Source: Myxococcota bacterium
Lineage (GTDB): Bacteria; Myxococcota_A; Polyangia; Polyangiales; Sandaracinaceae
Reading direction: 5' to 3'
NCBI GenBank assembly: GCA_036149055.1
Contig: JAYZQJ010000182.1
Location: 48,703 to 112,702, forward strand
Length of the DNA: 64,000 bases
In this document: positions 23,234 to 31,283 of the stretch, piece after piece
Layout: every line of letters starts with the position of its first letter
How positions within the stretch are numbered: the first letter of the stretch is position 1
Notes under the pieces: model-generated
Told to the model about the DNA's origin: nothing
Database searches by the model: none
Seen by the model: only the letters and a program-made list of their open reading frames with translations
Position numbers and translations under genes: made by a program

Positions 23234-23272
23234 TCGCGGGAGTTTCCGAAAGGGGGCTCCCGCGATGTGTTT
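23234..23272 (+). terminator. GAAA-tetraloop hairpin between precursor and modifying enzymes
   Basis: TCGCGGGAGTTTCC-GAAA-GGGGGCTCCCGCGA followed by TGTGTTT. Confidence 0.6.
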
Positions 23273-23289
23273 AAGGCCCCGAACCAGTC

Positions 23290-24165
23290 ATGCTTCCCGT
23301 GATGAACGAAGTCGAAGGCATCGGCCTCGGGCTCCGCCACGACCTGGCGGAGGAGCTGCTCGAGCGTCGCCCGGACGAGGTCCGCTGGCTCGAGATCCAC
23401 CCCGAGAACTACGTCGCCCGCGGCGGGCTCTTCGCCCAGAACCTCGAGCGCGCGATGGAGACCTGGCGCCTGGTCCCGCACGGGCTCTCGCTCTGCCTCG
23501 GCACGGTCACCCCGTTCGACCCCGCCTACAAGAAGCAGCTCGCGGCGCTCCTCGATCGCGTCGGGGCCCCCTGGTACAGCGACCACCTCTGCTTCGCCGA
23601 CGTCGACGGCAGCTTCCTCCACGATCTGCTCCCCCTGCCCTTCTCGAAGGAGACGGTGCAGACGGTGAAGGAGCGGGTCGACGAGGTGCAGCAGGCGATC
23701 GGCCGGCCGGTCGCGGTCGAGAACATCAGCTTCTACGCCGACCCGGCGCCGCGCCGCGGCTGGACCGAGCCCGAGTTCCTCTGCGAGGTGCTCGAGGCGG
23801 CCGACTGCAAGCTCCTGCTCGACGTGAACAACGTCTACGTCAACAGCGTGAACCACGGCTTCGACCCCGAGCCCTACATCGACATGCTGCCCCACGAGCG
23901 CGTGGTGCAGATGCACGTGGCCGGGCACTTCACCCGCAAGGACGCGCTGATCATCGACACCCACGGCGAGCCGGTCTGCGACGGGGTCTACGCGCTGCTC
24001 GAGCACACCCTGGAGCGCACCGGGCCCCGGCCCGTGCTGCTGGAGCGCGACCAGAACATCCCGCCCCTCGACGAGCTGCTCGGCGAGGTGCGCCAGCTGA
24101 CCGAGATCTACGAGCGCGCCACCGCACGGCACGCCGAGCTGCGCCACGGGGACGCCGCCGAGTGA
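23290..24165 (+). CDS. DUF692 multinuclear non-heme iron oxidase (MNIO; MbnB/HvfB/BufB-like)
   Basis: GIGLGLR, EIHPEN, HGLSL, SDHL, HDLLPLP, VEN, LLLDVNN, HVAGH, IDTH, LERD. Confidence 0.93.
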   Translation: MLPVMNEVEGIGLGLRHDLAEELLERRPDEVRWLEIHPENYVARGGLFAQNLERAMETWRLVPHGLSLCLGTVTPFDPAYKKQLAALLDRVGAPWYSDHLCFADVDGSFLHDLLPLPFSKETVQTVKERVDEVQQAIGRPVAVENISFYADPAPRRGWTEPEFLCEVLEAADCKLLLDVNNVYVNSVNHGFDPEPYIDMLPHERVVQMHVAGHFTRKDALIIDTHGEPVCDGVYALLEHTLERTGPRPVLLERDQNIPPLDELLGEVRQLTEIYERATARHAELRHGDAAE

Positions 24166-24911
24166 GCGAGCTGGGCGACATCCAGCGCGCCTTCGCGCGC
24201 ATGTGCTTCGACCGCGCCCCGGCCGACGCCGACCTCGACCGCCTCCACGGAGAGCGCGAGCGGTGGCTGATCTATCGCAGCATGGTGCGGAGCCGGCTGT
24301 TCGCCATGATGCGCAGCGGGCTGCCCAAGACGGCCGCGCTCCTCGGCGACGAGCGCTTCGACGCGGCGGTCGCCGACTACCTCGAGGCCCACACGCCCCG
24401 GACCCGGTTCATCCGCGAGGTCGTGCACGAGCTGGTCACCCACGCGCTGCCGGAGTGGGAGCGCGACCCGACGCTCCCGCACCTCGGCGACCTGGCGCGG
24501 TGGGAGGACACGAAGTGGCGAGTCGGCGCGATGGAGGAGCGGGAGGCGCCGGCCGAGGAGCTCGACTTCGAGCGGCCCGCGGTCATCAACCCGGTGCTCG
24601 AGACCCTCGAGGTCACCCACCGCGTGGACAAGGACCACCTCGCGCCGCCGACGCTCGACGAGCCTCACCTGATGCTCGTCTACCGCAAGCCGGGCGGCTC
24701 GCGGCTGTTCACCTACGTGCTCAACGACGTGGGCGCCCGCCTCTTCCGCGCCTGGTGCGCGCCGGATCGCAGCTGCGCCGACGGAGTGCGCGCGGTCCTC
24801 GAGGGGCTCGGCCGCGACAAGCCGACGCCGCGCTTCCTCGAGGGCATGGCGTCGGTGCTCGCGGACCTGGTGGCGCAGCGGGTGGTGCTCGGATCACCGC
24901 CGCGCTTGTAA
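24162..24911 (+). CDS. DUF2063 (HvfC/BufC-like) MNIO partner protein
   Basis: IQRAFA...RWLIYRSMV...PKTAALLG..F...Y...P...DLARWE; GTGA overlap. Confidence 0.8.
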   Translation: MSELGDIQRAFARMCFDRAPADADLDRLHGERERWLIYRSMVRSRLFAMMRSGLPKTAALLGDERFDAAVADYLEAHTPRTRFIREVVHELVTHALPEWERDPTLPHLGDLARWEDTKWRVGAMEEREAPAEELDFERPAVINPVLETLEVTHRVDKDHLAPPTLDEPHLMLVYRKPGGSRLFTYVLNDVGARLFRAWCAPDRSCADGVRAVLEGLGRDKPTPRFLEGMASVLADLVAQRVVLGSPPRL

Positions 24912-25051
24912 CGGCACCACCCTCCCATCGTATCCTCTGGGCGCCCGGGGAGGGGGGACCTCCGTGGGTGAATGCGAGCCGGCCGCGCTCCGTCGCAGGT
25001 GCGGCAGCCCGAGCGCGCGCCGGCCTGAACGACACAGCCCCCGAGGAGCCC

Positions 25052-25681
25052 ATGCGTACGACGATCCGCGTTTCCCTGATCCTGGCCGCGCTCACGCTCG
25101 GCCTCACCAGCCTGGCCTCGGCGCAGTCGCGCGAGTTCACCATTCGCAACGACGGTGGCAGCCGCATCCAGTTCATCTCGGACGCGCCCCTCGAGACGAT
25201 CACCGGCGTCAGCTCGCACGTGACCGGCACCGTGAACGTGAACCCGAGCGATCTGTCGAGCGCCCGCGGCACCATCCAGGTCCGGGTCGCCTCCATCCGC
25301 ACCGGCGTCGACCTGCGCGACGAGCACCTCCGCGGCGACGGCTGGCTCGACGCCGAGCGCTACGAGAACGCGACCTTCGAGATCACCCGCGTCGAGGGCG
25401 CGAGCAGCCTGAGCCCCAACCAGACGACGCGGGTTCGCATCCACGGCCGCTTCTCGCTCCACGGCGTGACCCGCGACGTCGTCGCCAACGCGCGCGTCCG
25501 GCTCATCCCCCTCAACGACGAGCTCCGCGCCGCCCGCATCACCGGCGACGTCATCCGCGCCCAGGCCAGCTTCCGTGTGCAGCTCACCGACTACAACGTC
25601 TCGGTCCCGCTCCCGGTCCGCCTGAAGGTCGCGAACGAGATCCGCGTCAACGTGACGATCCGCGCGGTGGCCAGCGAGTAG
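25052..25681 (+). CDS. YceI family secreted protein
   Basis: signal peptide; S.IQF.SDAPLE, SIRTG..LRDEHL, G.FSLHGVT. Confidence 0.85.
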   Translation: MRTTIRVSLILAALTLGLTSLASAQSREFTIRNDGGSRIQFISDAPLETITGVSSHVTGTVNVNPSDLSSARGTIQVRVASIRTGVDLRDEHLRGDGWLDAERYENATFEITRVEGASSLSPNQTTRVRIHGRFSLHGVTRDVVANARVRLIPLNDELRAARITGDVIRAQASFRVQLTDYNVSVPLPVRLKVANEIRVNVTIRAVASE

Positions 25682-25747
25682 GTCGCCAAGGCGACCTGCT
25701 CGCCCCGTGCCCCTGCCCGTGCCCGAGAGCTCGAGCGCACTCCTACG

Positions 25748-26926
25748 CTAGGGCTTGTAGAGCGTGATCCGGGCCGACTCGCCCCCGGTGCGCGTCGCGA
25801 ACAGGATCACCCCGTGCTCGGGCAGGCTCGCCGACACGGTGCGCGAGAGCTCCGCGGGGAGCGGGCTCGTCGACTCGAGCGCCCAGCGATCGGCGCTCGG
25901 GTCGTAGCGGTGCAGCTCGCCGCTGACGAAGAGGACCAGGAAGTCCCCGTTCGTCGGGTCGACCGTGACCCAGCCGCCGGCGGCGCCGCCGCTGACCGTG
26001 CGGATCTGGGCCGGGGAGTCGGTCACCCGGGTCGAGACGCCGGCGCGGTCCATGACGTAGACCGACGTGTTGCCGTCGCCGCCGCCGTAGAGCAGCGCCC
26101 CGCGCGCCTCCGACCAGGCGCCGAAGGTGTGCAGCTGGCTGTGAAAGAGGGACTCGCCGAGCCGGGTCTGGGTGTCGGTGGCCGGATCGTAGGCGAAGAG
26201 GATCGAGTCGTTCTCGCCGCGGCCGTGCACGACGCCGAGCCCGGGGACCCACTCGGCGAAGTCGCGGGCGGTGTGGTTGCCCTCGGGCAGCTCGCCGCGC
26301 TCCCACTGGTCGCACGCGAGGTCGTAGGTCCAGAGGCCCCGGCCCCGGTAGAAGTGGAGCCGCCGCGCCTCGGGATCGAAGGCGTTCCGGTCGTAGCCGT
26401 GGTTCGTGTAGCCCCAGACGCTCCCCTCGAAGTCGAGCCAGGGCGGCAGCGTGCCGCGGATCCACGTGTTGGTGCGCAGGCAGTACACGGAGAAGCCCGG
26501 GATCGTCAGGTGGCCGCCGCCGTAGTGCAGGATGCACTGCGAGGTGGGATCCCAGATCGCGGTGTCGGCCCAGGAGAGATCGTGTCCGCCGTCGGTGTTC
26601 CGGAAGTAGCCCTCGGGCGCCGTCGTCTCGTACTGCGCCCACTCGCCGGAGCGCATCGCCGCGGCGAGCTCGTCGAAGGCACGCGCCCCGTCGACCGCCA
26701 CCGCCGGCGCGTCCGGACCGGGCAGGATGCCGGTGGCGCAGCCCGGTGGCCCCGCGTCGGGCGCGGTGACGCCTCCGTCGGTCGGCGTGGTCGCGTCGGG
26801 GAGCGCGGCCGGGCCGCCGTCGTCGACGCCGGAGCCGGCGTCGGGGCTGGGCTCGCTCGCGTCGGGCGCGACAGGCGCAGGATCGCACGCGGTGACGGTC
26901 AGCACGAGGAAGAGGGCGCGGTACAT
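25748..26926 (-). CDS. lipoprotein with Kelch-like beta-propeller
   Basis: lipobox VTAC; repeated YD...D.W and YGGG motifs. Confidence 0.65.
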   Translation of the reverse strand: MYRALFLVLTVTACDPAPVAPDASEPSPDAGSGVDDGGPAALPDATTPTDGGVTAPDAGPPGCATGILPGPDAPAVAVDGARAFDELAAAMRSGEWAQYETTAPEGYFRNTDGGHDLSWADTAIWDPTSQCILHYGGGHLTIPGFSVYCLRTNTWIRGTLPPWLDFEGSVWGYTNHGYDRNAFDPEARRLHFYRGRGLWTYDLACDQWERGELPEGNHTARDFAEWVPGLGVVHGRGENDSILFAYDPATDTQTRLGESLFHSQLHTFGAWSEARGALLYGGGDGNTSVYVMDRAGVSTRVTDSPAQIRTVSGGAAGGWVTVDPTNGDFLVLFVSGELHRYDPSADRWALESTSPLPAELSRTVSASLPEHGVILFATRTGGESARITLYKP

Positions 26927-26960
26927 GCACCCATCGTCGTCGTCTGGGCGCGCGCGTCGA

Positions 26961-27923
26961 TTACGGCCGCTGCGCGGGTCGCAGGCCGAGCAGCGCGACC
27001 GCGTCGAAGCGCGCCGCGCCGTGCTGGAGGACCGGCGCCACCCGGGCGAAGGGCAGCTCGGGCGCGACGGCCAGGGTCAGCCGGCTGCGGGGCGCGCGGG
27101 CGGCGAGGCGCGCCACGCAGCGGGAGAGGGCCTCGGCCGGGGCGTCGCCGTCGAAGGTGAGCGTGAGCGCCTCGGCGGCGTCGCGCTCGCACCCCGGGGC
27201 CTGCAGGGTCTCACCGATCCAGGCGCGCACCCGCTCCTCCTCGAGCTCCAGCCGCGCGGTCGGCGGCGGCGCGGGCGGGGCCTCGGCCGGGGTCTCGGCG
27301 GGCGCGCCCGCCGCCGCGAGCAGCTCCGCGATCTCGTCCTCGCTCAGCCGCCCCTCGCTGGGCGCGGGGGGCCACGGCATCATGCGGTCGCCGTCCTCGC
27401 CCTCGAGGATGAGCCGGGGCGCGCCGTAGCCCGCCATCGAGGCCGAGAGCAGCACCCGCTGCACCTGCGCGAAGGGCACGTCGCCGTCGACGCGCAGGTT
27501 GTAGACGCCGGCCCCCGAGCCCGAGCCGCTCGCCGACGCCTCCGCCCGGCGAGCCCGGGACAGGATGGGCTCGAGCTGCGGCAGCCGGGTCGGGCCCGCG
27601 GTCGGCGCCTCCAGGGTCTCGTCGAGCCGCGGCCAGTCGACCGCGCCCTCCGGCGCCGACGCGCGCGCCGCCGCGAGGGCGGGCTCCGGCCAGGTCCCCA
27701 CCAGGGCGTGGTTGCGGACCCGGATGGCCTCCGCGCGCACGTGCACCTCGGTGGCCGGGGTAGCCGGCGCGAGGTCATCGAGGGCTGCGCGGACGGGCGC
27801 GGGCGGCGCCTCGGCCGGGGGCGCGTCTCCGAGCGCTGGCGTCCGGGCGTCGGCCCCGCCGCAGCTGCCCGGCGCGCAGGACCCGAAGAGGCTCAGGGCC
27901 AGGATCAGCGGCAGGCGCTCCAC
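26961..27923 (-). CDS. exported protein with two ExbD/TolR-like domains
   Basis: LRVDGDVPFAQVQRVL.SA..AGY and LAVAPELPFARVAPVL. Confidence 0.5.
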   Translation of the reverse strand: MERLPLILALSLFGSCAPGSCGGADARTPALGDAPPAEAPPAPVRAALDDLAPATPATEVHVRAEAIRVRNHALVGTWPEPALAAARASAPEGAVDWPRLDETLEAPTAGPTRLPQLEPILSRARRAEASASGSGSGAGVYNLRVDGDVPFAQVQRVLLSASMAGYGAPRLILEGEDGDRMMPWPPAPSEGRLSEDEIAELLAAAGAPAETPAEAPPAPPPTARLELEEERVRAWIGETLQAPGCERDAAEALTLTFDGDAPAEALSRCVARLAARAPRSRLTLAVAPELPFARVAPVLQHGAARFDAVALLGLRPAQRP

Positions 27924-28537
27924 AGCCCCTCGTTCGCGGAGCGCGCCGCGGCCTCGTCGGCGCGGAAGCTGGACTGCCACGTCCGGTTGTCGCCCACGCC
28001 GAGCTCGGTGGCGAACCCGCGGCGCAGCATCTGCCGCTCCCACATGTCGCCCTCGCCGGTGCCGATGTGCACGTAGGCGAGCACCCGGTCGAAGCGGTCG
28101 AAGCACTCGCCGTCGAAGGTCAGCCAAACGAGGTGATCCTCGAGCTGCTCGGTGAAGGCGCGGGCGTCGTCGCCGTAGCACTCGGCCGGCATCCCGTCGT
28201 GCGCGATCTCCGGCGTGTCGATGCCGATCATGCGCACCGGCGCGTCGAAGACCTCGCTGATCCCGTCGACCCGGATCGTGTCCCCGTCGGTCACGCGGTA
28301 GACGCGCCCCAGCACCGGCGCGCGGCACGGCGCGCTCCCTCTCGGCAGCACCCGCGGATCGATGACCTCGAGGCGCGCGTCGTCGAAGGTGATCGCGCTC
28401 TCGTAGTCGTTGTCCGGCGCGGGCCCCACCCCGGCGTCGGACGTCGGCGGCGGCGGCCCCGCGTCGGTGGGGGTGCCGACCTGGCGAGGGCAGCCGGTGA
28501 GGGTGAGCGCACAGAGCAGCAGCGCGGAGCGAGTCAT
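27905..28537 (-). CDS. thermonuclease (SNase) family lipoprotein
   Basis: lipobox LTGC; VTDGDTI, VRMIGIDTPE, DRFDRVLAYV, A....GLW. Confidence 0.9.
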   Translation of the reverse strand: MTRSALLLCALTLTGCPRQVGTPTDAGPPPPTSDAGVGPAPDNDYESAITFDDARLEVIDPRVLPRGSAPCRAPVLGRVYRVTDGDTIRVDGISEVFDAPVRMIGIDTPEIAHDGMPAECYGDDARAFTEQLEDHLVWLTFDGECFDRFDRVLAYVHIGTGEGDMWERQMLRRGFATELGVGDNRTWQSSFRADEAAARSANEGLWSACR

Positions 28538-28554
28538 CGAACGAAGAGGCTACT

Positions 28555-28776
28555 TCAGGGCAGCAGCCGCCGCACCCGCTCCGTCCACCGCGTCCAGAGG
28601 CCCGGTCGCGCGCGCTCGGTCCGGCGCGCGTCGACCCAGGCCCGCTTGGCCTGCAGCGTCTCCCGGACCCGGCGCGAGGTCTCCGGGTCGAGGCCCGGCG
28701 CGCAGCCCGCCTCGAGGCCCTGGAGCCACGCGTCTTGCTCGGCTTGCAGCCGCCGCCGCTTCTCATCCAGCGACAC
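28555..28776 (-). CDS. small protein, probable stand-alone MNIO partner module
   Basis: LQAEQDAWLQGL..G...GLD.......L.AKR; overlaps the DUF692 stop. Confidence 0.5.
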   Translation of the reverse strand: MSLDEKRRRLQAEQDAWLQGLEAGCAPGLDPETSRRVRETLQAKRAWVDARRTERARPGLWTRWTERVRRLLP

Positions 28777-29590
28777 GTCGCGCCTCCTCTCCGTCGCGTC
28801 GCCAGGCCGCGTCGATCGCGTCGAGCTCCTGGTAGAGGGCCTCGCGCGAGCCGAAGCCGTCGTCGCGCTCCAGCAGGGTCGGCAGGCGGAGCCCGCGCCG
28901 GGCGAGCGAGGCGAGCAGCGCGAGGGGCCCCTCCGACACGGGGTGCGCGTGGGTGTCGCGGTAGACTTCTCCGCACCACGCCCCGCCGGCCACGTGCACG
29001 TAGGCGACGCGCTCGAGCGGGTAGCGGTCGAGCCACGCCTCGACGTCCCAGCCGAAGTTGAGGGCGTTGGCGTGGAGGTTGGAGACGTCGAGCAGGAGCT
29101 TGCAGCCGGTCCGCAGGGTCAGCGTGCGCAGGAAGCTCGCCTCGTCCATCGTTCCAGACGCCTCGTACAGCTGGGCGATGTTCTCGATCGCGATCGGCAG
29201 CCCGAGCGCGTCCTGGGCGCGCAGCACGTTGTCGACCACCACGTCGAGCGCGTCCGCGGTCCGGCGCACCGGCAGGAGGTGCTCGGTCTCGACCCCGCCG
29301 CCGCGCACGAAGGCCAGGTGCTCGCTGACGAAGGGCGCGTCGAGCCGGGTCGCCACCTCGCGCAGCCGGGCCAGGCGCCGGGGGCACGGCGGGTCGCCGC
29401 TGCCGAGGGAGAGCGAGACCCCGTGCGGGATGATCGGGACCCCGCGGTCGAGCAGCGCGCGCAGCGGCGCCGGGATCGGCCCGCGCGTCGGCACGCTCTC
29501 GGCGATGACCTCGGTGAGCGCGAGGTCCGCGCGCCGCTCGCACGCCCAGGCGGTCTCCGGGCGCCAGCCGAGCCCGACGCCCGGCCTCAC
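28763..29590 (-). CDS. second DUF692 MNIO enzyme
   Basis: GVGLGWRPE, HGVSLSLG, SEHL, HLLP, IENI, LLLDVSN, HVAGG, DTH, LERD; GTGA overlap. Confidence 0.92.
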   Translation of the reverse strand: MRPGVGLGWRPETAWACERRADLALTEVIAESVPTRGPIPAPLRALLDRGVPIIPHGVSLSLGSGDPPCPRRLARLREVATRLDAPFVSEHLAFVRGGGVETEHLLPVRRTADALDVVVDNVLRAQDALGLPIAIENIAQLYEASGTMDEASFLRTLTLRTGCKLLLDVSNLHANALNFGWDVEAWLDRYPLERVAYVHVAGGAWCGEVYRDTHAHPVSEGPLALLASLARRGLRLPTLLERDDGFGSREALYQELDAIDAAWRRDGEEARRVAG

Positions 29591-30528
29591 GAGCAGCCCC
29601 CGCAGCCGCCGCACCCGCCGCCGCAGCCCCCGCCGCACCCGCCGCCGCAGCTCGAGCAGCTCGATCCGCAGCTCGAGCCGGACGAGATGAACCCGCTCGA
29701 CGCCACCACCGGCGCCGGGAAGAAGGCCGGCAGCACCGCGAGGCCGCCGCCGAGCGCCGCCGCGCCGAACACCCCGGCGGCGAGCGCGACCTCGTGGCTC
29801 CCGAGCTGCTCGGGCGCGCTCCGGGCGGTGGCCTCGAGGGCGGCGTTCTCCGCCGCCAGATCCGAGAGCAGCGCGTCGGCCCGGGCGGTCCTCGCCTTGC
29901 GGCGCCGGACGAGGAGCGCGGCGACGATGGAGACCGCGACGAGGAAGAGCAGGAAGCCGATCGGTCGCCCGCGCGAGAGGCCGACCGCCATCTTGGCCAG
30001 GCCGAGCAGCGAGAGCCCGATCAGCGGCGCGCGCACGATCAGGTTCCGCATCCGCAGCTGGCTCTTGCTGAGCAGGAGCCCGAAGCCGCGGAGGGCGCGC
30101 TCGTTCTCGTCTCGCCACGCGGCGGCGGCCAGCTGGAGGTCGAGGCGCGACGCGCCGAGCTCGTCGGTCGCCGCCTGGAGCACGACGTGATCGAGGGGGT
30201 GCTCGCCCGCCGCGGCGACGGAGCCGCGATAGGTCCCGTCGGGCCGCGCGCCGCCGTGCGGCGTCTTCGTCCGGTACACGCGATCGTCGCGCATCTCGAT
30301 CAGCCCCCGGTGCATCAAGGCGGCGACGGAGGCGCTCAGCGCCCCGGCGAGGTCGCCGCGCAGGAGCGCGATCGCGTAGGGGTGCAGCCGGTCGCGGTCG
30401 GCGGCGGAGAGGCGCGAGCGGGGCCAGCCGACCAGCTCCACCCAGAACAGGCCCCAGACGACCCCGACCCCGAGGCCCAGCGCGAAGAGGAGGAGGAACG
30501 CCGGCCCCTTCAGGTCGAGCGGGTTCAC
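29587..30528 (-). CDS. TIGR04222-like membrane protein with Cys/Gly/Ser-rich C-terminal tail
   Basis: NPLDLKGPAFL, L.PY.IALLRG, GLSRGRPIGFL; tail SSCGSSCSSCGGGCGGGCGGGCGGCGGCS. Confidence 0.85.
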   Translation of the reverse strand: MNPLDLKGPAFLLLFALGLGVGVVWGLFWVELVGWPRSRLSAADRDRLHPYAIALLRGDLAGALSASVAALMHRGLIEMRDDRVYRTKTPHGGARPDGTYRGSVAAAGEHPLDHVVLQAATDELGASRLDLQLAAAAWRDENERALRGFGLLLSKSQLRMRNLIVRAPLIGLSLLGLAKMAVGLSRGRPIGFLLFLVAVSIVAALLVRRRKARTARADALLSDLAAENAALEATARSAPEQLGSHEVALAAGVFGAAALGGGLAVLPAFFPAPVVASSGFISSGSSCGSSCSSCGGGCGGGCGGGCGGCGGCS

Positions 30529-31235
30529 GCCTCCTCCGCGCGATCGGCCAGCTCGATCGCCCGGGCCAGCAGCGCCAGCGCCTTCGCGTAGAGCCCCTCC
30601 GGGTCGGGCGGGATGCCGCCGTCGCGCTTCAGCGCCGCGAACGCGTCGAGGGTCGCGCCGTCCAGGTCGAGGCGCCCGCGCGCCGCCGCGTAGACGTCGC
30701 CTCCGCGGGGCTCGTCGAGCACGTCGAGGAGCGCCCCGAGCTCCAGCTGGAGCGAGCGAGCGGTGGCCCGGAGCGCCTCGTGGAGCCGCTCGGCCCCGCC
30801 GCGCGAGAAGACGGCGACGCGGCGCAGGCGCAGGAGGTGGTTGCGCAGCTCCTGCTCCACCCGGAGGCGGAGGTGCGCGCGCTCGACCTCGACCGCGCCG
30901 AAGGGGTCCTCGCCGAGCAGGACGTCGTGCGAGGCGGCGATGTCGGCCATCTTGATCGGGAAGACGTCCGCCACCCGCGCGACCTCGCCGCGCTCGAGCA
31001 GGAGCGCGTTGACGCGCGCCTCCCGGAACGCGGCGCGCAGCGGCTCGCCGATCGCGAAGAGCGCCTCCGCGCTCGCCTCCGGCAGGACCACCGCCACGTT
31101 GATGTCGCTGCGGCCCTCGACCCACTCGCCCTTGGCGAGGCTGCCGTAGACCACCACCGCGTCCGGCGCGTGCGGCTTCAGCCGCGAGACCAGGCGCTCG
31201 AGCGCCTCACGCGCCCGCTTCGGGTATGTCTCCAT
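30525..31235 (-). CDS. nucleotidyltransferase-domain (Pol beta superfamily) protein
   Basis: VVVYGS.A.G.....SDIN, DVFPI, LLGEDP, LRLRVEQEL. Confidence 0.75.
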   Translation of the reverse strand: METYPKRAREALERLVSRLKPHAPDAVVVYGSLAKGEWVEGRSDINVAVVLPEASAEALFAIGEPLRAAFREARVNALLLERGEVARVADVFPIKMADIAASHDVLLGEDPFGAVEVERAHLRLRVEQELRNHLLRLRRVAVFSRGGAERLHEALRATARSLQLELGALLDVLDEPRGGDVYAAARGRLDLDGATLDAFAALKRDGGIPPDPEGLYAKALALLARAIELADRAEEA

Positions 31236-31283
31236 GCTCCCTCCTCCCGGGTACGAGAGTACACCGGGAGGAGCGCGCGGATT

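Noticed and set aside
30525..31235. MNT-HEPN toxin-antitoxin or CBASS nucleotidyltransferase
   Set aside because: No HEPN or effector neighbour, and the motif is D-I-N rather than DxD; its coupling to the TIGR04222-like gene remains unexplained
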